From Epiperipatus broadwayi (taxonomy: Eukaryota; Animalia; Onychophora), in NCBI GenBank assembly GCA_028023455.1, contig JAQFVV010000008.1, positions 17,422,001 to 17,486,000 on the forward strand: a stretch of 64,000 nucleotides of DNA. Direction: 5' to 3'. The notes beneath the pieces were generated by a model. It was not told the origin of the DNA, made no database searches, and saw nothing but the letters and a program-made list of their open reading frames with translations. Position numbers and translations under genes: made by a program. Below, in pieces: positions 38,866-51,592 of this stretch; position 1 is the stretch's first letter; each line of letters begins with the position of its first letter.

Positions 38866-40980
38866 TTATTCTTGTGTAATCTATTCAATCACTGATATTG
38901 GAATTATCCAAAACATGTATATGTGTAAATTAGAAATGCTAAATGTTTATTTAGTTATATCTTGTCATGAATGTTTTATCTATTTAATTTTGTTCAGAGT
39001 TATTCTTTGGCATGCATTCATGTTCTGTTTCCACACACACTTACATATTCAATATGACATGATTGCACTATTTTATAATTTAATGATGAACATGTTCAGA
39101 TCTGATGATGTTGTTTTCTTGATCCAAACACTATATGAAATGCTTGACTAATTGATGTTTCTCTGGAAATTTTATTACTCAGTTATTATTTAGATGATAA
39201 ATTAAAATCAAAATGTACCCTATTCCTTTCATTGTCTAACTACTACTATTTTATTAGAATAATGCTTAATTTATGTCATTACTTTTATTATGGTAATTAG
39301 TAGTCATTGTAAAGTATAAATTCAAAATTAAGCCATATAATAAATTCCCTGAGAGATTCCCTCATTATTTTAGATTAGACATTAATTTAGTTATTTATTT
39401 TAAATTACTGTACAATAAAAGTTAAGTAGTGCTATATTTTTTATTTAATTTTAACTTACCATACCATAGAGTTAATTAGTACTGCATTTTTATTTTATTA
39501 ATTTAGACCTATCATTAGTAAAGGTTGTTTGATGCATTTAGGTAATGGGAGGAGATGAGGTTAAATTATAACTTGTAAATTTAAATGGTGAAATTTTACC
39601 AATTTCAATTATTTATTTATTTTAAAACGTAATAGACATTTTATTCGTATTAAATAATGTTTCCTCCCATATTTAGTATGCATTTAACACCTTATAGATC
39701 TCTGTAGCTCCTAACTGAGTTAAGCTATGGTAGTACAACATTATAAGAGTCTCATTAATAATTTAAAGCAAGATCAGACTTGTAGTTTATTCTATTATCA
39801 ATAGAATTGGCATCCCAGGTATTTTTTGATAGGAAATGTAGGATAGGTGTTGGGAGAGGTTTACAATATATATAAGGATTGTAATGATTTATTTATTTTT
39901 ATGTACATATATGTAATTTAACAAATTATATTTATTGTAATGTAAATAATATCCATTGAATGGAGTTGTAGAGCAGTTAGTTGGTCTTGTGATTTTATAA
40001 AATGAAACATCTTGATAAGGTTTGAATAAGAAATGAAAGCCAGATTGATGTATTAAATAAATTTTTTATTTATATTTAGTTCAATTTTTGTTTTAAATTA
40101 AATTAAATTTTATTTAAGAAAGATAACATTATGGACAAATTTTTTAACATTTGAATTTAATCATTTAAAGTATTTATTGGTTTGATCGTTTGCATCATAA
40201 CTAATAATAGATACTATTCTACTACAAGGATTGATAGAGAAAAAAAACCAATTTTTTAAAAAAGTTTAAGCATGGAACATTATAAATGTTAATAACATGG
40301 ACATTTTTATATAAAAATTTGGATAATATTAATTTTATTAGGTTTAAAAAGTTATAGAATATATAAACAAGAATTTAACTAAGATATTTTTAAATGTAAA
40401 AACAAGGAATTGTGCCCACATCATGTAGATTTAAACTTAATAATGAGAAAATTAATAGGAATAAAAGTTTGTGTAATGAGAACAGTTTTGGAATGGTTTT
40501 TGGAGGCAAAATATACAGAAGGGGATTGCAATATTAGGAAATATAATAGAAAGTCTTCTAGAAGCACATATTTATGGAATTATTGGAGCTTATTGATTTG
40601 TAATAGTAAATTATAAATAAGCTTTATGAGAATTATGATAATAAATTGAGATGGCTGTATTTTAAATGGGATCAAGAAAAAATAATTAATTGTTTTACGG
40701 TAAAACATTGTAATAAGGGGAAAAAAGTTAATAATTTTGTAAATATATTATAACGTTAATTTTACAAATGAACAGTTACAGATTTTAAATAAAAGGATTA
40801 AATATATACCATTTGCAGATAGAGATATTCAAAAAACAAGTATATGAAAGCTGCAAATATTGAAAATAGTTTGAAAGCAGAATTACAATCAAAAGTTATT
40901 AATAAAAAACAAATGTAGTTTTAAAAAATGGAAGGAGAATTCTACTATAAGACATTATAGAAAAGATAAATAAGGATGAA

Positions 40981-41272
40981 TTAATAGTAATGAAGATGAA
41001 GGGTCAAGATTTCTTGTTTTAAATGAAACATACCATGATAGAAAAATTAAAGATATTGTAAAGCAGTCTTACCAAAAGATAAAGATCCAGAAAATAGAAT
41101 TACAATAAAATATAAAGTTTTATTAATAGTAATGAAGATGAAGGGTCAAGATTTCTTGTTTTAAATGAAACATACCATGATAGAAAAATTAAAGATATTG
41201 TAAAGCAATCTTACCAAAAGATAAATAAAGATCCAGAAAATAGAATTACAATAAAATATAAAGTTTTATTAA
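40981..41272 (+). repeat. 142-bp near-identical tandem duplication within the Penelope RT
   Basis: 40981-41122 is repeated at 41123-41272 with a 4-bp insertion and about one substitution. Confidence 0.9.
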
Positions 41273-41931
41273 ATTATATGAAAATGAAACAATGAATGAA
41301 AAAGAATATAGATTTTTATATCCTACAGCTTTTGAACTTCCATTTATATTTGGAAAGGTTAAAACACTTAAGGATGATATATCAGTAAGAGATTAGACTT
41401 TAATAATTCTTAAAGATTTATGTGATATATAAAATCATTGCTATAAGTTTTGGCAAATATTGTATTAGGAATTCAGAACTTATAAATTAAATAATGTAAA
41501 GTTAAATGGAAATGGAATGACTGTTTCATTTGATATTGAAAAAAATGCATCGGAGTGTACCTAGGAAGATATAAAATAAAAATGTGTAGCATAATTTTAG
41601 AAGAATGGTTATATGTTATAGAAGCATTATTACTGATAAATGATGCTTTATATTTTATATATAAGGAAGACTTTCGTTATATAATAAAGAGATGAGTTGC
41701 TCTATTAATGGGATTTTTATCAATAATTGTGATTGATTATATAGCAGAAAATATAATTGTTAAGTATATAAAAAATAATATCATAGATATATTGATATAA
41801 TTAATGAGTTATATATTTATATAGCACTGTTTTAATTCGTAGCAATCATTAGGGATCACTCCACTACACATGCACTATAAACTAACACTTTTAAGGAATA
41901 CTCCTTTCCAAACACATCTGAACCTACACTG

Positions 41932-41984
41932 ACACCTCTCTGAGGAGTGCCAAAGCACAAAACCATGGTCAGGGGGGGGGTGTT
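41932..41984 (+). ncRNA. Minimal type-I hammerhead ribozyme motif with a single core substitution
   Basis: acacctct-CTGAGGA-GTGC-caaa-GCAC-AAAA-CCATGG-TC-aggggggggg-tgtt. Stems I and II pair, stem III is palindromic, GUC site with cleavage after 41970. Only G12 (41959) is A, at a CpG. Confidence 0.8.
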
Positions 41985-42062
41985 CCTGACATATTTTAAG
42001 TGCTGGCTCTGGCTAAGCATTTATCATAAAGCTTGTAGAGGAATTGGCAATCCCCATTGTTT

Positions 42063-42452
42063 ACAAGATAAAGTTGTTTGAAAAAATAGAATGAATCCAC
42101 TACCTTTTTAACCTAAATGTATGTGCATAGGCAAATCTTAAGCATTTGGAAATGAGAGTGTGAAGATATTGATTAATCATTTTTAATTCCATTTGCTATG
42201 TTTTAATTATTGACATCTGATTAAAACAACACTATAAATAAATATATATGTGCTTAATATTAAATTGATCTAATACTGATGTGCCATAAATTGTAAAAAT
42301 TTTACAGGCATCAATAATTAAAACAATAAATGGAATTAAAAGTGATTAATTAATATCTTCACATCCATTTCTAAATCCTTAAGAGTTGCCTATACATTAG
42401 GATAAAAAGGTAGAGTGGATTCATTCTATCCTTTCAATAAACTTTATCTTGT
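42063..42452. mobile_element. Fold-back/MITE-like element with ~150-bp inverted arms
   Basis: acaagataaagtt...aatagaatgaatccactacc... mirrored by ...gtggattcattcta...aactttatcttgt; the same terminus appears at ~9005-9060. Confidence 0.75.
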
Positions 42453-43333
42453 GTTTGAAAAGGAGAGTATTTCTTAAAAGTATTTATTAGTTTACAGCAC
42501 CTGCATATTTAAAATGACTTATAATAAATACAATATTAAGTTTACAACAGAAAAAGATGAGAAGGGGTTAAAGTATTTAAATATTTTTTTTAAGAAAAGG
42601 AATTAATGGTGAAATACTTATTACACATTATATTAAAGATAAAGAAAAATTAGGTATAACTGACTCAAATTCATATCAACCATGGTCTCAAAAATTAGCA
42701 ATTTTGAAAGGGAGTTACATTAAAAAATGAAAGACTAATATTAAATGCAGAAGAAGCATTTAAATATAAATTGGAAGTTGAGAATGATTATGTTAGTATG
42801 GTTTATAAAAGAAAAGATATGAAAAAGACTTTCAATAAAATAATGATACAAAAGATAGTGTAAAGCCTGTGTATGAAAATATGAAGTAGGTTTCAATTCC
42901 ATATTTAGAGCATTTATATAAAACATTGATAAAAGTTAATTCATGATATTAAAATAGAATCGAAAAATAGTAAATCTTTAGGGAAAGGATTTGTAATGGA
43001 AAAAAGATGAATAATATTAAAAATGGAGTAGGATTTACAGAAAAGACAAAGAGATAGGAAATTAAGAGAAGGGATAAAATCAGAGCCATATATACATTTT
43101 TTTGGATGCTGGACAGAATGAATTGTGAGAAAAATCAAGAAATAAAGTATATTAAAGATTACAAGGAAAGGAAATGTTATGAAACTGTATATTCATGAAA
43201 AATTTTTAAAATATATAAACATGATTAAAGTTCTAGGGCATTGTTAGATTATTGGAAAATTTAGTTATAATTAAAATATTTTTATAGATTGTACATATAT
43301 AAAAGGATTGTAATGATTTATTCATTTTTATGA

Positions 43334-43436
43334 TATCCTAGCATCTCACTGAGGAAGCCAGTAGCAGAAACCAGTCCAAGGTTGGGGATATTCTGTAAAG
43401 CTTGTTAAGAGCTTATTTGCGGGCTCTATATATAAC
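43334..43436 (+). mobile_element. 103-bp insert with 8-bp TSD carrying a decayed type-I hammerhead
   Basis: TTTTATGA at 43326-43333 and 43437-43444; the insert is absent from the mirrored arm. CTGAGGA (43349-43355)...GAAA-CCAG-TC (43367-43376), with flanking tatcc.../...gggata pairing. Confidence 0.7.
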
Positions 43437-43849
43437 TTTTATGAACATATATGTATTTTACAAATTATATGTATTTTAATGTAAATGACAATTGGGTGGA
43501 GTTGTAGAGTCATGTCATCTTATAAAAAGAAGCATGTTGATATCACATGACTAGAACAAGTCCACCCAATTGACATTATTTACATTACAATAAATATAAT
43601 TTGTAAAATACATATATGTTCATAAAAATGAATATAACAATTCTTTTATATATACAATCTAGAAAAATAATATTTTAATTATAACTGGATTTTTCAATAA
43701 TCTAACAATGCCCTAATTGTGCTAGATTTTTAACTATGTTTACACATTTTAAAAAATTTTCTTGAATATACAAAGTTTCATAACATTTCCTTTCCTTGCA
43801 ATTTTTAACATACTTTATTACTTCAATATTTTTCTCACAATTCATTGGT

Positions 43850-46735
43850 CTTAGCAGCTTCCAGTCCTATCATGGACTTGCCTCACTGTATAGATCTATA
43901 GTGTAATGGCTATAATGGAAATGCTCACTGTTAGCAGTTGTTTCAATGGACAATGTATACTATCACTTAGGTTAGACATTCTCTTTTTACCTCCAAAATG
44001 GTGGACTATTTATTGTCAGATCTCCAACCTTGCTGAAAGTAATTGGATTCAGAGAGCATTAGCCCATACTAACCAATGGCTGTATTGTATCTATATCCAT
44101 TGGATAGCAGCAATGAATGCGTAGTCCAATCAGATAAGGAATCTGGCCTAGTCCACTTCTGAAGGCTAGGCAAGGTATGACACCCCTTCACCTGGTTATA
44201 ATTAGCCCTGTAGAATGTCATAAATGTACTAGTCAATATCTTGTCCACTTTGTTGATTACTTTAGTTTGCTGCTGTATTCAGTTTGTGTCATTCCTGTTG
44301 CTCATTGTCACGTAGGTTAGGCAGACATTCTCTTCTTACCTCCAAAAAGACTGATTATTTATTGTCAGATTTCCAATCTTACTGGAAGCAATCAGATTCA
44401 GAGAGCATCATTGCCTATTGGCCCATACATAGCAATGGCGGTGTTTTATCTATGTTACCCATTGGTTAACAGCAATGAATGCTCAATCTGATCAGATAAG
44501 AAGGAATCTGAACTAATCCACTTCTGCAAGTAGGGTGAGATATGATATCTCTCTTCCTGGCTAAAATTAGTGCTGGAGAATGTGGTTATACAGATATGCT
44601 GAGTGACATCTTGTCTGCTTTGTTGGTTTACAGCTAGCTTCAGTTTGGTTGTCATCATCTTTGCTTGATGTACATATCCCTGGATGTTTGGTTTGCCACT
44701 GTCTTTAATTTGTGTATGATTTAGTCTCAGTTGACTTAGATGGTGATGATGTTGATAATCATCTACCATTTCTATTATTGTGTAAAGTTTTTTCAATTGC
44801 ATCACCACCACTGGGATTCATTTTGTGGATCCATTATACATTGGGCATGCCACTTGAGAGCCTATTTGCACTTTTATATTGTCATTTCCTTTTTTCCCAT
44901 AGTTTGGATCAGGTTTCAGGGCTGACAGGTTGGTTCACAAATGTCTGTTGAATAGCAGTTCTGCTGGGGTCTTTCATGTTGATGTACTTGGTGAGGAAGG
45001 CTGTGCTAGAAACATTCTGGCAATCTGAGTGTTCCAGTTTCCTGTATTCATCTTTGTTATCAACTTTTTCTCAAACTAGTTTTTTCAGCCTGACCATTGC
45101 TTTCTGGATGAAATGGTTGGCTGTACACAAGCTCAATGCTATTGTTGGTACAAAGGTTTTTGAATGCACTTGCTGTAAATTCTGTGTCATTAGTTAGACC
45201 ATGTGTTGCAAACAGCCTTCTAAGAGGTATTGTTGCTGTGAACTGAAGTGATGAGACTTTTGTTACTTCCAGTTACTTGGAGTATGAATCAACTCCTATC
45301 AATAGCAGTTCAAGGAAGTTTTTAAAAATGTGTAAACATGGTTAAAGATTTAGCACAATTAAGGCATTATTAGATTATTAGAAAATTTAGTTATAATTAA
45401 AACCTTATTTTTATAGATTCTATATATATATATAAGGATTGTAATAAACTAAACATCAGCTTGAAATATTGATCTTTAGTTTATTACAATTTATATACAT
45501 CACACTATATAAATAAATATCTCATTTACATAAAAAAGGATTGTAATGATTTTTATATATATTACAAATTATGATTATTGCAATGTAAATGTCAATTGGG
45601 TGGAGTTGTAGAGTCATGTGATTTTCTAAAAAGAAAAATCTTGATAAGGTTGCGCTGCCAGCAGTTGTGGACTTTAGTCTCATTATCAGCATCCAAAGTA
45701 GGTCACCACACATGATCTTGCCAGCATCTTCATTTGAATTATTCCTGAATGCCCATTATGTAACAGACTGAGCACCTGGGATCATGCAGGTGGGGGAATC
45801 ACTACTCTGGATTTCCAGATAATGCAGCCATGTTCAGTTGAGAAACCCAGCCTTTGTGTCTAGTAGGCTGAATGCCATTCATCTGGTTTTTTTATTTGGA
45901 CAAGCTTGTCAGATTCATGTTTGAACCTTTTGGAATTCTAGGTCATTAGTGGTCATTTGCCACTGTCTTAGTGTTCAGGGATGTATTTGATTCCAAGTCA
46001 ATCATGTTAATTGATTGACTTGATGTAGTTAGATTGCTTGCAGCCTCTTCAGGCAATTGACTTAATGCATCAACATGGGGAATATGTTTTTCCTCCATGT
46101 ACTGTAGTGTAAAATTATAGCCTGACAAAAAATTGACCTCCACAACCTTCGTGGTGTGGCATGCAGAGAAGATTCCCTTGTCAGGATGAATGATCTACCA
46201 TATAGGTAGTCATGATATTCTTAATGCTGTTAATCAAATCACGTGCTTCTAACAATTTGAGCATAATTTTTTTCAGCCTTTGAGAGACTAATGAAAAGGC
46301 AATAGGGCTGTGGTAACCATCATCATTCCTATGGGATAACATCATCCCTGTTTTGACTGATAACATAAATTTGACTGATAACATCACATGTTAGTTCTAG
46401 GGCTTTATCATGCTTACTGTCCCACTTCCAGATTTTTTGTCCAGCAGCTTGTATAGTGTTTCAGCAGCCTTGGTTTTATGATATAAAAACTCAATAATTT
46501 ATGAGTCCCAAAAAGGACTAGTTCCTTTTTTATTTTCAGGTCTTTTGGCTTTTTTAATTGCCATAGTCTTCTTTTGAGTTAAATGAATGCCACTTGCGAT
46601 CCAAGAACTTCAGTTTATTGGCTTCAAATATACACTTATCCATGTTTATTTTTATGCCAGAAACTTTGAATTTGTCTAGGAGTTTTTTGGTAACACTTCA
46701 CAATTCTGGTATAGAGTCAAATCAACAGTAATAAA
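43850..46735 (-). mobile_element. Ty3/gypsy pol remnant, copy 1 (RT thumb, RNase H, integrase, duplicated 3' region)
   Basis: DKCIFE..KF, HIPHVDALSQLP, LHNGHSGIIQMKMLARSCV(W), VDSYSK.LEV..LRRLFATHG, PFHPESNGQAE. The 3' non-coding block occurs twice (43850-44290, 44300-44700). Confidence 0.85.
45316..45652 (+). mobile_element. Solo Penelope pLTR inserted into the gypsy integrase
   Basis: Matches 43190-43542 and 39860-40020; lies between the integrase HHCC and core segments. Confidence 0.75.
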
Positions 46736-46739
46736 AAAT

Positions 46740-49420
46740 GTGACCAACTGAAGTTCATTTATTAGGATTAAATATATTTACATAATATACAATATCAATG
46801 AATATACTGTCATGTATATAATAATTATATCATGCCCAAAAGACTCAAATCACTTCCATCAGTATGTACTAGTCTGCTTCGTGAGTTTGTCCAGTCACTT
46901 CCAGTTATACCAGACATTTTGCCTTCAATTGGCTCTGGTCTTAGCAAGTTCTAGTCCTCTTGTGGACTTGCTTCACTGTATAGATCTATAGTGTAATGGG
47001 TACAAGTGAAACCCTCACTGTTAGTAGTTTTAATGGAATACACATACTGTCGCTTAGGTAAACAGATGTTCTTTCCTTACCTCCAAAAAGGCTATTGATA
47101 GTTCCCCAACCTTACTGGAAGCAATCAGATTCACAGTGTCATTGCCTATTCGCCCATAATAACCAATGCCTGTGTTTTTATCTATGTGTGTTCATTGGTT
47201 AGCAGCAATAAATGCTTATTCTGACCAGAGAAAGGAGTCTGGACTAGTCCACTTTTGAAGGCAAGATGAGATATGACATTCTTCCTGGCTAAAATTATCC
47301 CTGGAGAATATAGTCATACAGATGTGCTGTTGGTTTTTTGGTTTACAGCTTGCTTTGGTTATCATCATTTTTGCTTGAGATGCTTGTCCCTGGATGTTTG
47401 TTTTGTTTGCTGCTATCTTTAATTTGTGTATGATTTAGTCTCAATTGGTTTAAGTGGCGATGATGTTGACAACCACCTGCCATTTTTATTACTCCTGTGT
47501 AAAGTTATTTCAGTTGCATCACCACCACTGGGATCAATTTTGTGGATCCATTGTACATTCTGCATAGCACTCGATTGCCTATTTGCACTTTTATATTATT
47601 TTCTTTTTTCCATAGTTTGGATCCGATTTTAGGGCTGACAGATTGGTTCACAAATATCTATTGAATAGCTGTTCCACTGACATCTTTTCTGTTGATGTAC
47701 TTGGTGTGGAATACTGTGCTAGCAACATTTTGGCAATCTGAGTGTTCTAGTTTCATGTATCTATCGTTATTAATGTTTTTGTCTTGTGAACTAATCTTAG
47801 TCTGGCCATTGCTTTGTGGATGAAATGGTGGGCTGTACACTAACTCAATGTCATCATTGGTACAAAAGTGTTACTTCCAGCCACTTGGAGTATGTGTCAA
47901 CTATTATCAATAACAGTTTGCCTTTCCATGGGCCTGCATGATTCACATGAAGTGAAGACCAAGCCCCTTTAGGTTTGGGCCACTGAACTGCTGTCCTTTG
48001 CTAGTATGTTTTGATTCATTTTACATTGCCAGCAGTGGTGATCTTTAGCCTCAATATCAGCATCCAAAGTAGGCCACTACAATATGATCTTATTAGCATC
48101 TCCACTGAGCATCTGAGATCATTCAGCTGGGGAAATCACTACTCTAGATCCCCAGACAATGCAGCCATGTTTAGTTGAGAGATCCAGTCTTTATGTCCAG
48201 AAGGCTGAATGCAACTTATCTGGTTTTTACTTGGCCAATCCTATTAGATCCATGTTTGTACTTTTTAGAATCCAAAGTTATTAGTGGTTCATTCTTCCAC
48301 TATCTTACTGTTCAGGAGTGTATTTAATTTCACATCAACCATGTTGATTGATATAGTTAGATTTTTCATTTTCTCAAAGGCTTTATCATGCTTACTATTC
48401 CACTTCCTGACTCTCTTTGTCCAGCAGTCTGTATAGTGGTTCAGCAGCCTTAGTTTTATGATATGAAAACCCTTCACAATAATTTATGAGTCCCAAAAAA
48501 GGACTACTTAAGCCTTTATAATTTCTTATTGACTGCTTTTACAGCCTGATCATTCACTGGTAGTTGCAAGTATGCATGATTTAAATCAATCTTTGTAAAA
48601 AGCCACCTATCACTGTGGATAGGATTTGTTTAACTGGTAGTGATGAATAATTCGATGCCAATTTTTTGTTAATTGTACACTGATAATCCCCACAGATGCA
48701 AATCATTTTATTTGATGCTTGGCACTATTGGAGTGGTTCATTCCGAGTTTGTTATGGGCTCTATAGCTCCTGCTGTCTACCATTTTTTGTGCTCTGCCTA
48801 AACTCTAGTTCTCAAGGTCAGAGGTAGTGATCTGCACTGACAACCAATTGGTTTTATCTCTTTATTTAGTGGTAAATGAATTGATTGTCCTAAGTATGGA
48901 CTCAAGATTTGTATTGAATACATTAGAGTAATCAGATTTTAATTTGCTAATGTGATGTGGTTCACCTTTGTTACTGCAAAGCCCATCAATTTTATTTGAT
49001 TGTAAGGGTGGAATGGCATCCAGCATGTTAAGCTTGATTGATGATTATTGTAGAGTATTGTTGGCACAATGTGGTGGCTCAATTAGTTAATGATTGGTTC
49101 ACGATAGAATTGATTTTGGCATGCAATGTATTGGACTTGATGGATTGATGATTGTTGTAGTAGTTTGGATTCTCAGTATGTTAAGCTTGATTGATGATTA
49201 GTGACCATGTGGATTAGGTTTTAGCACAAACAACTGTGGAGAAACTTAATTGTTTACTGTGAACGCTATAAGTGATTGTAACTATCTAGTTGCGGAGATG
49301 GCAATACTTGTTTAGGCATTGTCATTATTTGAAACCTTATGAATGAAATTGGCATAATGCTGTGGATGCTGGTTATAATATTTGAATGCATCCAGTTCAG
49401 CATAGAGTTATATGAATTAT
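46740..49420 (-). mobile_element. Ty3/gypsy remnant, copy 2 (gag region, RT N-terminus, RNase H and integrase fragments, 3' region/LTR)
   Basis: KPIGCQCRSLP..GAIEPI..TPIVP..ICGDYQCTIN..KIDLNHAYLQ (48520-48870) and PPFHPQSNGQ (47790-47830); 46925-48500 aligns with copy 1. Confidence 0.82.
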
Positions 49421-49626
49421 TTTATCTCTATTAATCATTTAAATTGATGTGATTTAGAATACAACCATAGCAGATCATGCAAAATCTAGTTGATAGTCCT
49501 AGCTATATTTGGATCAATGTTATTTGATTAAAAATTCAATATTTTATTGTCTGTGCATGTGGAAGTAGAATGTTATATGGGGGAATAAAATTGAACAAAT
49601 TCTAGAAAACTCTGTAGTTTTGAAGG

Positions 49627-51519
49627 ATGGTGGTGAGTTTGGATTGTTGGTTTGGTGGAAGTTGGGACTGGTGGACCTTATTTTCTTTGAGTAGTATATT
49701 AATAGATTTTAGAGGACTGTATATAATGGAAGATTTTGAGAAGTTTAAGGAAGAGGAGGATTTCAAGAGAATAGAGTTACTTTGGAGGCATTCATCGCAT
49801 CTTGATATAGATTCAAAGGAGGGAAGGGAGTTCAGAAAAGCTTTATCTAGGGAAGGCGAATGGAAGTATATTTATATGGGAATGATGGAGGATTTCAAGA
49901 AGGGACAAAAAGAAGAGAACTCAAACATCAGTAGAGGAAACCCAGAAGTTAAATTAAATCAAACAAAAAAGGATGATAAAATATTTGTTGATTCTGTTAG
50001 TGAGTATGCTCAGGTAGTTGTTGCACTAGTTAATCAATGTAGTATATTGGTTGGTAGAGAAGTGGGAGATCAGGAAAAAATTACTAAAGCAATTAATCTA
50101 GACCTTGGAATTGGCTAGTACTAAATTAGAAGGAATAGAGCAAAATGAACTATGAAAATGAAGTACGGAATAAAGAACAGAATTGTGTAGCAATGAAATC
50201 AGATTTTCAAGTTACATTGCAAAAAATAAGGGCAATGAAGGCAGATTGTCAAAACATATAAGAGAAATGAAGGAAACAGTGTTAGAAATTGAAGATTGTA
50301 ACCAAAAATTAGAGTTGTAGCAAAAGGAAATAGAGAAAATTAGAGAATCATGAGAGATCCAAAAAACAGTTATGAGTTTGAAGCCTCAATCATTTGAGGA
50401 AGAATTTGGGGTTGTCAGGCAGGTTGTAGAAAAGTATCGGAACAAAGTTGATGACAATATTCTGAAGACCCAAGACCAATATGGTATTGATCAAAACCTA
50501 AATGATCAGGTCATTAAGATTGTTTAGAGAATAGATAATTTGACAATAGGAGAAGAAACTATAAGCCATGGGCTAAAGCTAGATGAGATGGATGAGAAAT
50601 GTCTGAGTTTAAGAAAAGAAACAGACGATGTTCAACCAGTGTCAGAAGTGAGATTAGAAGTGCAGGAGAATATTAAAAGTCAACTATCTGAATTAGAGAT
50701 GGTGGAAATAAATGTTGAAAATCAGCAGATTGATAAAACAGTTGATAGAAATGTTAGTTTAGCCAGTGTTGAGCTAAAGGCATATGAAAAACTCAGAGAA
50801 ATAGTGGACCAAGAACCAGAATTAGATAAAAATAAGATTGTAGATATGCTCAGAGATTTCAAGGAAAATCTTGATGGGAATGAAGGGATTAGGGAATTTG
50901 TAGACAAGTAATTTCTTTAGGCATGAAGTGTCCAGAAATTTTGAAGAATAAATTATTAAAAGTAATGATTTCAGGCAATAAATTCAAAAATAAAGGTAAA
51001 AGTATAGTTTCGGAATGTGCTTTTAATTACTTAGAAAGTAACATGAAGATGAATATTCACAGAAAACTACTGTGGGAAGGTATTACATGTGTAATATCTA
51101 GTGTAGAGCGTATGCTAAAAGGTGTTATTCATGCTAGAAAAGTTGGTAAGATGGTCAAATATAAAATTAAGATTATGAAGAAATTTGGCATAAATTTTCT
51201 CAAGAAAGCTATTAGTCCAGAAAGAGACATAGGAAAGGCTAAGATTAAACTTAAAAGAGCCAAAGGAGACTTAGTTAATTGGGATCATTTTAAGAGAGTT
51301 AAGAAAATAAAAAATAGTGAAAGGGCTAGAGTCAAACCCAAGAAAGTGAAGATGAAATCTCTTAGAGAGGAAGTTATCAGAAGAGAAGTAAAGAATACAA
51401 ACATGAAATGTAAAAGATACTTATATTGCTTGCAGTTTAATTCCATACCCTGCAAAAACACAATAAGTAATAAGAGATTAATGAGCATGAATGTTTGTTC
51501 CATAAGTGTAATTTTCTAA
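49627..51519 (+). pseudogene. ~1.9-kb disrupted ORF (acidic coiled coil, then basic C-terminus) of unknown homology, inside an LTR element
   Basis: ORFs 49627-50118, 50540-50911 and 50923-51519 link through two frameshifts; 50102-50911 is one frame with scattered stop codons. E/K-rich composition. Confidence 0.6.
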
Positions 51520-51592
51520 TTGTAGACTAATCTTAGTGTGAAGTTTGATATGCTAATAATATTTGTTGTTTGTCCAATTCATTTTTTTTCAT

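Larger units (their letters stand above)
39860..43846 (+). mobile_element. Decayed near-full-length Penelope-like retroelement with 5' and 3' pseudo-LTRs, a 3' inverted pLTR copy and several nested inserts
   Basis: NFTNEQLQILNKRIKYIP (~40757), ELIVMK..GQ.FLVLN..YQKI.KDP, PFIFGKVK (~41340), VSFDIEK (~41522), SYQPWSQK (~42670), VSIPYL. The same pLTR occurs at 39860-40270 and 43190-43542; inverted arm 43543-43846. The GIY-YIG motif itself is not legible. Confidence 0.75.

Noticed and set aside
39102-39146. CTGATGA-TG...TGAAA-TGC-TT decayed PLE-type hammerhead
   Set aside because: Stem II is poor and stem I absent; plausible fossil only.
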